From positions 1 to 57,076 of IMG/VR virus record IMGVR_UViG_3300017914_001948: a stretch of 57,076 nucleotides of DNA, one strand, 5' to 3'. The position numbers and the translations under genes are program-made. This document shows, piece after piece, positions 49,760 to 57,076 of this stretch. Under the pieces are notes generated by a model that had not been told where the DNA came from, did no database searches, and worked only from the letters and a program-made list of their open reading frames with translations. Each line of letters begins with the position of its first letter. Position 1 is the stretch's first letter. The DNA is from a virus. Its lineage: Duplodnaviria > Caudoviricetes.

Positions 49760-51010
49760 ATGAATGTAATTCCGAAGACTATCGTAGAAACTGACTTTGG
49801 TGATGTCCCTGAAAATTATGAAGGGTATCTCTATCGGTTTACTAACTTGGAGACTAATCAGATGTATGTAGGTATTCACAAGGGTAAGTTTGGCGATGGA
49901 TATTGGAACTCTGCTACTGATAAGGATATGCAGAATGAACTTGCTGGTAATGGTAAGTTTAAGTATGAAATCCTTGAGTATGGAGATTATAATACCATGA
50001 CTGCTCGTGAGCATGAAATCTTGAAGTCTGAAAATGCTCCGAATAATCCTTTGTACTACAATAAGACTGTAGGATCTCCAAAGTTTACCACTGTCAGACT
50101 TGAGGAGGTATTGGCAATCGTGGAAAAGATTCGTAATGAAGGATTTCCTATTGCAAAGGAACCCATTGAGACTGTTGTTAATATGAAGCGTTTACAGGTT
50201 CGCACTGAAGATATAAGTGATCACCAGACTGAGATTTCTCAGAAGGTAGACGATGCATTGGGTAACACTGATGGATATATGACTGTCGTTCTTGAGGATC
50301 GTGGCGGTGAAGATATGCGTATTGACGGTAACCACTCTGTCTATGGTATTGCAAAGTCTAAGTATGGTAAGAAAATTAACGTAATGCGTGTGCCCAAAGA
50401 TGTACACGAGGGTTATAATGATGCTGAAGTTCAGTTGATGGGTAACCTCCTGAATGCAAAGCCTGAACGTCCTACTGTTCCTCTTGATGCAGATGATGCT
50501 CTCAAACAGTTGATTAAGAACTTCACTGACTTGGGCACTCCTGTCACTGATGCGTCTAACAAGACACTGTTGATTGCAATGGGATTTTCAACCAAGAAGT
50601 CGAATGCAATTATCAAGAAGGCAAAGGTTGAACAGGATACTTTGATTGCTGCAATGGGTGGTAAGATTAAGATTGATTGGGATGCATCACCCTTTAATAC
50701 TCGTCTTGAAAGCATCCTTGAAGATGCAAAGGATGCCAATACTATGGCACTGACGGTTTCATCTGGTATGGTTCATGTATCTCGTATCTTGAACGAAATT
50801 TACCAGACCAATACTGGTCGTGAACAGTTGAAGCAGAATGCAAAGAAGGAAATTAAGATTTTTGTAAAACATCCCTCTGAATACTACTATAGCAATTGGA
50901 AGGACAAACAGGAACAGTCAGATACGAAGTTTTTGAAGTACTTTGCAAAGCCTTTGGGTATCACTGTTCGTTTTATTGACTTGCCGATGTACGAATCAGA
51001 TATCATGTAA
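49760..51010 (+). CDS. GIY-YIG (Seg-like) nuclease domain fused to a long C-terminal region with a ParB/Srx-like motif
   Basis: GYLYRFTNLETNQMYVGIH..Y, RE.EIL, YYNK; later RIDGNH; GAGG RBS. Confidence 0.65.
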   Translation: MNVIPKTIVETDFGDVPENYEGYLYRFTNLETNQMYVGIHKGKFGDGYWNSATDKDMQNELAGNGKFKYEILEYGDYNTMTAREHEILKSENAPNNPLYYNKTVGSPKFTTVRLEEVLAIVEKIRNEGFPIAKEPIETVVNMKRLQVRTEDISDHQTEISQKVDDALGNTDGYMTVVLEDRGGEDMRIDGNHSVYGIAKSKYGKKINVMRVPKDVHEGYNDAEVQLMGNLLNAKPERPTVPLDADDALKQLIKNFTDLGTPVTDASNKTLLIAMGFSTKKSNAIIKKAKVEQDTLIAAMGGKIKIDWDASPFNTRLESILEDAKDANTMALTVSSGMVHVSRILNEIYQTNTGREQLKQNAKKEIKIFVKHPSEYYYSNWKDKQEQSDTKFLKYFAKPLGITVRFIDLPMYESDIM

Positions 51011-52065
51011 TGAAGATACTACTTCCCTTTCAAGACCCTTACAATCATGCCCTCACTCACCCAATCGTGAGTGGGGGTACTGAAATGTTCTGTAAGAGCA
51101 TTTACGATAACTTTAATACGACAGTACACCAAGTGCCGTATGAGAGTATTGATTATTCTATGAAAGACAAAAAAAAGATATCACGAGATATTATTAATCA
51201 TGCAGAAAATATTGGTGCAGATGTTATTATATCAAACTTTGCACAAGCAATATATTGTGGTTCTGAAATTATTAAATCCCACATACCAATTATGATTGTT
51301 GAACATTGTGTATATCCAATGGCATCATGTATTACCAGATGGAACAATGCAATAGACAATGGACACTCTGTCTTTTGGGTTTCCAAGTGGCAAGAAAAGA
51401 AATATAAAAAGATGGCAGAAAGAACTAACCAGAGAGTTGTTCCGATAACAGGTTATATTAATCCATCTTATTGTAAACAGAAACCCCAAATAAATGAAAC
51501 AGAATATGATTGTGGAACTATAGGCAGATGTGATAGTGGTAAGAATCCATTTAAATTAAAACACATGACAAAGGGTAAAGATATTTCAAGTCTTGTTATC
51601 ACATCATCTACACAACTGAAGAAAGATATTCCATATTATAATAAAAATAAAGATTGGGATGACGTTGTGTGGAATGAACCGTATGATAAAGTTATAGATA
51701 ATATTGCTAAGTGTAACACATACTTTTCTACATGGAATGGTGAAACTTGGGGAATTACTGCAATGGAAGCTTTGTCCTGTGGTGTACCTGTCATATTGAA
51801 TTGTGATAATGATGGTGACCATGCATCTGAAATAATTCCAGCACATAAAGATCATTACAAAAAGATTCCAAACAATGACAAGGATGCATTATATAATGCA
51901 ATAAAGAGTTTTGATGTAGACCGAAAAGAGATTCAAGAAATGACTTGGGAAAAACATAGTCTAGATGGTTGGAAGTTACAGTTTGCAGATGCTGTGAATA
52001 GAACCATAGATAATTTTAACAGATATAATTTTAACAGACCAAGTTTATCTGCATTTATGTCTTGA
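51010..52065 (+). CDS. GT4-family glycosyltransferase
   Basis: SGGTEMF, VSKWQ, IGRCDSGKN, ETWGITAMEALSCGVPVI. Confidence 0.88.
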   Translation: MKILLPFQDPYNHALTHPIVSGGTEMFCKSIYDNFNTTVHQVPYESIDYSMKDKKKISRDIINHAENIGADVIISNFAQAIYCGSEIIKSHIPIMIVEHCVYPMASCITRWNNAIDNGHSVFWVSKWQEKKYKKMAERTNQRVVPITGYINPSYCKQKPQINETEYDCGTIGRCDSGKNPFKLKHMTKGKDISSLVITSSTQLKKDIPYYNKNKDWDDVVWNEPYDKVIDNIAKCNTYFSTWNGETWGITAMEALSCGVPVILNCDNDGDHASEIIPAHKDHYKKIPNNDKDALYNAIKSFDVDRKEIQEMTWEKHSLDGWKLQFADAVNRTIDNFNRYNFNRPSLSAFMS

Positions 52066-52090
52066 CAAACGGTATCTTATTTGATATATT
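52062..52090 (+). promoter_or_regulatory. Sigma70-type promoter (probably leaderless)
   Basis: TTGACA-17-TATATT with TG; ATG 6 nt downstream. Confidence 0.7.
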
Positions 52091-52096
52091 ACTGTT

Positions 52097-53026
52097 ATGC
52101 TTTCTTTTACAATATTCAAAAATCGTTTTGATAATAAAACAAATAAGAAACTACAAGTCAACGGATTCGATCAGTTGGAACAACTGTTGTATTCATTGTC
52201 TAAAAAACCACTGAAAGGCAAAGAAGATGCGCAACTTATTTCACCTGCAACTTATACAGATGGGACTACACGAGCCAACAAGAATGTATTATCTTGGTCA
52301 AATTGGTGTGCTGTTGACGTTGATGATTTCGAATTTGAAGGGGACCTAACAAATGTTCTATATGATAAGTTTGGTCACTATCGTTACATTTGTTATAGCA
52401 CTGCAAGCAGTACGGAAGATCTACCAAAGTTTCGTCTTGTCTTCCCTCTTACTGGTGATGTACGGGCCGATGATATCAAACATTTCTGGTTCTCGTTACA
52501 GTCAGAACTTGGGGAACTCGGTGACAAGCAGACTAAGGACTTGTCTCGCATGTATTACATCCCTGCGAAATATGACGGCGCTTATAACTTTATATTCAGT
52601 AATCCTAACGGCAATCCTATTGATCCAAATGAGTTGATGGTCAAATGGCCCTATGCGGAGAAGGCAAATCTAAATAACTTCTTTGATAGACTTCCTGACG
52701 AAATACAAAAACAAGTCATGGAACATCGTAAATCAAAACTAGACAACACAAATATAAACTGGTCATCGTATAGAGACTGTCCATTCTTTCCCAGAAAGTT
52801 AGAATCAGAATATCGATTGATTACTAACACTGGTTGGTATCACAAAATGTATCAAATCATGGTGGCGATTGCAGGTAACGCTATCAATAAAAAATATCCT
52901 ATTACTTCTGCAGAAATATCTAAGATGTGTAGAGAACTAGATATGGAGACTGGTAACTGGTACAAGAACAGACCACTAGATAAAGAAGCAGACAGAGCGT
53001 TAGAGTACGTTTATAAAAATATGTAG
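52097..53026 (+). CDS. AEP/primase-polymerase-like protein
   Basis: AVDVDD, YSTASS...PKFRLVFPL, D..TKDLSRMYYIP. Confidence 0.65.
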   Translation: MLSFTIFKNRFDNKTNKKLQVNGFDQLEQLLYSLSKKPLKGKEDAQLISPATYTDGTTRANKNVLSWSNWCAVDVDDFEFEGDLTNVLYDKFGHYRYICYSTASSTEDLPKFRLVFPLTGDVRADDIKHFWFSLQSELGELGDKQTKDLSRMYYIPAKYDGAYNFIFSNPNGNPIDPNELMVKWPYAEKANLNNFFDRLPDEIQKQVMEHRKSKLDNTNINWSSYRDCPFFPRKLESEYRLITNTGWYHKMYQIMVAIAGNAINKKYPITSAEISKMCRELDMETGNWYKNRPLDKEADRALEYVYKNM

Positions 53027-53028
53027 GA

Positions 53029-53859
53029 ATGAATATGAAAAATATTGTAATTGTTGGACACGGATATGTCGGTAAGGCAGTTGAGTATGGGTTCAACATC
53101 AAACTAAAGAATAAGATTCAACTCATCGATCCCTTATATAATAATTCAATCGACGATATCACTGGATGTGATGTTTCATTTGTATGTGTACCAACTCCGT
53201 TTGGAGAAGATGGTAAGATTGATTCATCTATTGTAGAAGATGTGACAGAACAACTCTTGGAACAAACTCGTGGGTGGGTCGTTATCAAGTCTACAGTTAT
53301 TCCAAGTGTTGTGGCGAAGTTGAGTGAAAACCAACGAGTAATCTATAACCCAGAGTTTTTGACAGAAAAGAATGCGTTAGATGATTTCGTCAATCCACCT
53401 ATGCATATCTTCGGTGGATCTTCTTCTGCAACTAATATGTTAGAAGAATTATATAAAAACAACAGTCGTTGCAAACCTTGTCCAGTATTCAAAATGTCTG
53501 CACAGGATGCATCTTTTGTAAAATATGGAATCAATAGTTTCCTTGCAACAAAGGTTATGTGGTTCAATCAGTATAAGGAGTTAATTGATCAACATGGTTC
53601 TGATTACGATACTATTATTAATGCTATTGGTACTGATTCCAGAATTGGTCACAGTCACGTTCAAGTGCCTGGCCCTGATGGTCGTAGGGGTTATGGTGGT
53701 GCTTGTTTTCCAAAAGATACATCAGCATTATCAAACTTCGACTACGATAGACACCTCACCATCTTACGTACCGTCATCACCGCCAATAATTACATTAGAG
53801 CTGGATACGAATTAGATGATCGTGAAAAAGAACAAAATGTTGTTTACATGAAACGATAA
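53029..53859 (+). CDS. ugd: UDP-glucose 6-dehydrogenase (short form)
   Basis: GHGYVG, FVCVPTP, IKSTVIP, NPEFLTE, GYGGACFPKD. Confidence 0.9.
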   Translation: MNMKNIVIVGHGYVGKAVEYGFNIKLKNKIQLIDPLYNNSIDDITGCDVSFVCVPTPFGEDGKIDSSIVEDVTEQLLEQTRGWVVIKSTVIPSVVAKLSENQRVIYNPEFLTEKNALDDFVNPPMHIFGGSSSATNMLEELYKNNSRCKPCPVFKMSAQDASFVKYGINSFLATKVMWFNQYKELIDQHGSDYDTIINAIGTDSRIGHSHVQVPGPDGRRGYGGACFPKDTSALSNFDYDRHLTILRTVITANNYIRAGYELDDREKEQNVVYMKR

Positions 53860-53871
53860 CTGTGTTATAAT
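53843..53871 (+). promoter_or_regulatory. Sigma70-type promoter
   Basis: TTTACA-17-TATAAT with TG. Confidence 0.7.
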
Positions 53872-53888
53872 ACAGTAAAGGAGATAAG

Positions 53889-54845
53889 ATGGCGTATATT
53901 GCAATTACTGGTATGGCAGGGTTTATCGGGTTCCACCTTGCACAGAAACTAAAGAAAGATGGTAATGAAGTTGTTGGGTTTGACAACTTCAATGATTATT
54001 ATGATGTGGATCTAAAGGAAGATCGTGCAAGAGTTTTGAAAGAAGACTATGATATTACTGTAAGTAATGTTGATCTGAAAAGTGCAGAAGATGTAGAACG
54101 ATGGATTGGTATTCGTCACCCAGACGTAGTGATTCATCTCGCTGCATATGCAGGTGTTCGTAACTCTATGGAAAACCCTACAGACTATATTGAAAACAAT
54201 GTGGTAGGTACTCACAATCTGATTGAGGCGTGTACAAAGAAAGGTATTCAAAGGGTAATCTTTGCATCTACATCATGTGTCATGGCGGGTAATGAACTTC
54301 CATGGAATGAAGATGACAAGTGCGGTTACCAGTTGAACCCATACGGTTATACTAAATTTACAAATGAATCACAATTTATGGCGAGTACGATTCCGTCTAC
54401 GATTGGTCTTCGATTCTTTACAGTCTATGGCCCTTGGGGTCGCCCTGATATGGCACTCTTTGACTTTACCAAAAAGATTATTGCGGAAGAAGAAATCGAA
54501 CTATTCAACTTCGGTGACATGATCCGTGACTTTACATACGTAGACGATATCGTTCAAGGTATTGGTATCGTAACAAATCATATTATCGAAAATCCAAATC
54601 AAAAAGAAATTTACAATATTGGTAATGGTCGTCAAGTTCCGTTGATGGACTTTGTAGATAATATTGAGAAACAACTTGATCGCAAAGCTATCAAGAAGTA
54701 TGTAGAGAAACATCCTGCAGATACGCAAGCAACTTGGTCTGACACTACTAAGTTACAGTCACTTGGGTACAAGGCAGAAACTTCTATTGAAGAAGGTGTA
54801 GAGAAATTTATAAACTGGTATAAGTGGTATTACAATGTCAATTGA
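53889..54845 (+). CDS. NAD-dependent epimerase (UDP-glucuronate 4-epimerase-like)
   Basis: TGMAGFIGFH, DNFNDYYDV.LK..R, HLAAYAGVRNS, YGYTK, RFFTVYGPWGRPDMA, RDFTYVDD. Confidence 0.9.
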   Translation: MAYIAITGMAGFIGFHLAQKLKKDGNEVVGFDNFNDYYDVDLKEDRARVLKEDYDITVSNVDLKSAEDVERWIGIRHPDVVIHLAAYAGVRNSMENPTDYIENNVVGTHNLIEACTKKGIQRVIFASTSCVMAGNELPWNEDDKCGYQLNPYGYTKFTNESQFMASTIPSTIGLRFFTVYGPWGRPDMALFDFTKKIIAEEEIELFNFGDMIRDFTYVDDIVQGIGIVTNHIIENPNQKEIYNIGNGRQVPLMDFVDNIEKQLDRKAIKKYVEKHPADTQATWSDTTKLQSLGYKAETSIEEGVEKFINWYKWYYNVN

Positions 54846-54954
54846 TTTGTTATATAAAAATATTGCGGAGTTTCATAACATCACAGTGAGTGAACTGAAA
54901 CAACGTATTGTAAATGGTGAACGTCTGGTGCATGAGTACTGGATGTCACAATGA
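54835..54954 (+). CDS. 39 aa hypothetical protein (not in the ORF track)
   Basis: MSIDLLYKNIAEFHNITVSELKQRIVNGERLVHEYWMSQ; fills the gap and overlaps both neighbours (ATGA with 54951). Confidence 0.5.
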   Translation: MSIDLLYKNIAEFHNITVSELKQRIVNGERLVHEYWMSQ

Positions 54955-55379
54955 TTGTAGGTATTACTTTTAGTACGTTTGACTTGTTACATGCAGGTCA
55001 CATTGCTATGTTGCGTGAAGCAAAGACAACCTGTGATTATCTTATCTGTGGACTGCAGGTAGATCCATCACTTGATAGACCAGAGAAAAATGCGCCAGTG
55101 CAGACTCTGGTTGAACGGTGGACACAGTTACAGGGTGTCAAGTATGTGGATGAGATTATCCCATATCAGTCTGAGAAAGACTTGGAAGATATCCTACAAT
55201 TGTTCCAGATCGATGTAAAGATCATGGGACAAGAATATAAAGAAAAAGATTTTACTGGCAAATCTATCTGCACACAACGTGGGATAGAGATATATTATAA
55301 TGACCGTAGTCATAGATTCTCATCTAGTGATTTACGTAAACGAGTTCAAGAAAAAGAAAATGCAGCAAAGATATCATGA
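54951..55379 (+). CDS. Glycerol-3-phosphate cytidylyltransferase (TagD-like)
   Basis: TFSTFDLLHAGH, CDYLICGL, VKYVDEII, RSHRFSSSDLR. Confidence 0.88.
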   Translation: MIVGITFSTFDLLHAGHIAMLREAKTTCDYLICGLQVDPSLDRPEKNAPVQTLVERWTQLQGVKYVDEIIPYQSEKDLEDILQLFQIDVKIMGQEYKEKDFTGKSICTQRGIEIYYNDRSHRFSSSDLRKRVQEKENAAKIS

Positions 55380-55434
55380 ATGGATAAAAGAACAGTATAA
55401 AAAATATCCTGTTGACTTAGAAGACAGTGCGTGA
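55360..55434 (+). CDS. Possible 24 aa peptide
   Basis: MQQRYHEWIKEQYKKYPVDLEDSA; overlaps the end of the TagD-like gene and the uvsX promoter. Confidence 0.3.
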   Translation: MQQRYHEWIKEQYKKYPVDLEDSA

Positions 55435-55440
55435 TATAAT
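55412..55440 (+). promoter_or_regulatory. Sigma70-type promoter for uvsX
   Basis: TTGACT-17-TATAAT with TG, followed by AAGGAG RBS. Confidence 0.75.
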
Positions 55441-55460
55441 ATCGGAAAAGGAGAAACTAA

Positions 55461-56489
55461 ATGTCAATTATGGATAAACTAAAAAAGAACAGTAAACTGG
55501 ATAATACATCTGTTCTTGCCGAGTCGAAGTTCTTTACAGAGAAAGACATGGTTCCTACAAGTGTTCCGATGATCAACGTTGCATTGTCTGGATCTATTGA
55601 TGGTGGTCTGGCACCAGGCCTGACAGTTCTTGCAGGTCCATCCAAACACTTCAAAACATCTTTTGCTCTTATCATGGCAAGTGCGTATCTGGAAAAGTAT
55701 CCTGATGCTGCAGTGTTGTTCTATGACTCAGAGTTTGGTTCGCCTCAATCGTACTTTGAACAGTACGGTATTGATGCGTCTCGTGTTTTGCATACACCTA
55801 TCACAAATGTAGAAGAACTAAAGTTTGATTTGATTTCTCAACTAGAGGCATTGAGTCGTGATGATAAAGTTATCGTCGTAATCGATTCTATTGGTAACCT
55901 TGCATCTAAAAAAGAACTAGAAGATGCAATCAATGAAAAATCGGTTGCAGATATGTCACGTGCAAAATCTCTCAAAGGTTTGTTCCGTATGTGCACACCG
56001 TATCTTGCAATGAAGAACATTCCAATGGTGGCAGTAAACCACACGTACAAAGAGATTGGATTGTTTCCAAAAGATATCGTTGGTGGTGGTACAGGTGTAT
56101 ATTATTCTGCAGATAACATTTGGATTCTTGGTCGTCAACAAGACAAGGTTGGGACGGAGATCAAAGGTTATCACTTTGTAATCAATGTAGAGAAGTCTCG
56201 TTATGTGAAAGAGAAGTCTAAGATTCCTATCAGTGTTTCTTGGGACGGTGGTGTGAGTACCTACAGTGGACTACTGGCTGTCGCACTTGACGGTGGGTAT
56301 GTTGTAAAACCATCCAATGGTTGGTATCAACGGAATGGATCAGATAGTAAGGTGCGTGAGAAAGAAACTCTCAACTGGGCATTCTGGCAACCTATCTTTG
56401 AAGGAACTGACTTCAAGGACTTTGTAAAGTCTAAGTTTTCAATCGGTGGTAATGTCTCTAACGAACTTGATATTGAAAATGCAGCATAA
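55461..56489 (+). CDS. uvsX: RecA-like recombinase UvsX
   Basis: NVALSG, AGPSKHFKT, FYDSEFG, IDSIGNLASKKE, GGGTGVYYSAD, KSRYVKEK. Confidence 0.96.
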   Translation: MSIMDKLKKNSKLDNTSVLAESKFFTEKDMVPTSVPMINVALSGSIDGGLAPGLTVLAGPSKHFKTSFALIMASAYLEKYPDAAVLFYDSEFGSPQSYFEQYGIDASRVLHTPITNVEELKFDLISQLEALSRDDKVIVVIDSIGNLASKKELEDAINEKSVADMSRAKSLKGLFRMCTPYLAMKNIPMVAVNHTYKEIGLFPKDIVGGGTGVYYSADNIWILGRQQDKVGTEIKGYHFVINVEKSRYVKEKSKIPISVSWDGGVSTYSGLLAVALDGGYVVKPSNGWYQRNGSDSKVREKETLNWAFWQPIFEGTDFKDFVKSKFSIGGNVSNELDIENAA

Positions 56490-56814
56490 CGAAAACGAAA
56501 CGTATGAACTAATCCCAGGCGAAGGTGACAATGATCAGTGTTGGCACATTCGCATTCTTGAAGGTGACTTTGTCGAGACTGTAATTCAGTTCGGCAATGT
56601 CACTATTCATGGTGGTGAAGATGACGAAGATGGACATATGAAATTCAATTTTCATATTGTTACATCGCCAGATTCTGAACTGACTGAAGAAAGTGAGGAA
56701 CTACAAGAGACTGCAGGCGAGATTCTGCTTGCACTTATTGAAGAAAACTTGTATAATAACACAAGTGAAATGATGATAAAAGAACCTCACGAAGAAGAAT
56801 GGAAACGTGCGTGA
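56479..56814 (+). CDS. Small acidic protein at the gp40 position
   Basis: Lies between uvsX and gp41 as gp40 does in T4; sequence identity to gp40 not established. Confidence 0.6.
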   Translation: MQHNENETYELIPGEGDNDQCWHIRILEGDFVETVIQFGNVTIHGGEDDEDGHMKFNFHIVTSPDSELTEESEELQETAGEILLALIEENLYNNTSEMMIKEPHEEEWKRA

Positions 56815-57076
56815 ATACTAACCTAGAACAAGTAATCCTTCGTAATCTGTTGACAGATGAAAAGTATATGCGTAAAGTATTACCTTTCATCAAACCAGAT
56901 TACTTTGGTGGGATTTATCGTATCTTATTCAAAGAAGTTGGTAAGTTTGTATCTAAATACAATAAACTGCCTTCTGTAGAATCATTCAAGATTGAATTAG
57001 ATAATTCTGAAAAACTAGGTGGTGAAAATTATACTGTGGCAATGGATATCTTGCCTCAGTTGTTCTCTAATGAAAA
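56811..57076 (+). CDS. gp41: Replicative helicase gp41, N-terminus (runs off window; not in the ORF track)
   Basis: GTG start; LEQVILRNLLTDEKYMRKVLPFIKPDYF is a typical gp41 N-terminus. Confidence 0.88.
   Translation, partial: MNTNLEQVILRNLLTDEKYMRKVLPFIKPDYFGGIYRILFKEVGKFVSKYNKLPSVESFKIELDNSEKLGGENYTVAMDILPQLFSNE

Noticed and set aside
378-56174. Many minus-strand and alternate-frame ORFs in the track (e.g. 13228-13959, 35321-35890, 36759-37226, 36542-37060, 7261-7590)
   Set aside because: They are shadows of well-supported + strand genes, with no recognisable motifs or independent expression signals.
22155-56478. Upstream starts given by the ORF track (17348, 22155, 23743, 30174, 34224, 39508, 41330, 41969, 42854, 46819, 47189, 56446)
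   Set aside because: Downstream ATGs fit better with RBS position, stop-start coupling or known N-termini, so coordinates were adjusted.
1-57076. tRNA genes or stop-codon reassignment
   Set aside because: Intergenic gaps are short and I saw no cloverleaf or T-loop signature. Core genes are full length in the standard code and TAA, TAG and TGA all act as stops.

Overview
A 57 kb segment of a T4-like (myovirus) phage genome, with marine-type gene order and all credible genes on the + strand. An alphaproteobacterial host is inferred from a DUF1127 gene, a ROSE-like thermometer and leaderless genes. Left part: a tandem family of modular fibre/adhesin genes, then the head-tail core (gp13, an apparently split gp14, gp15-gp23, gp3), then an ~11 kb structural island. 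Right part: the recombination/replication core (uvsY, uvsW, gp55, gp47, gp46, gp45, gp44, gp62, regA, gp43, uvsX, gp41), a host-like stress cassette (hsp20, DUF1127, DoxX), a GH19 lysin, and a glyco-modification locus between gp43 and uvsX. Most notable signals: (1) strong, position-specific Asp-Ser (DS) enrichment in exposed virion proteins beside phage glycosyltransferase and nucleotide-sugar genes, a candidate sequon-directed virion modification system; (2) all 38 Pro-Gly codon pairs I found place the unavoidable CCNGG in CCAGGC/GCCTGG (36) or CCTGGC (2), a candidate footprint of restriction/DNA modification; (3) a beta-glucosyltransferase-like/DUF4338/uronic-acid locus at the position of the T4 gp42/beta-gt locus; (4) a ROSE-like RNA thermometer on hsp20; (5) a set of apparently leaderless genes. 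All family assignments are from motif recognition and synteny, with no database searches, and all counts were made by eye.
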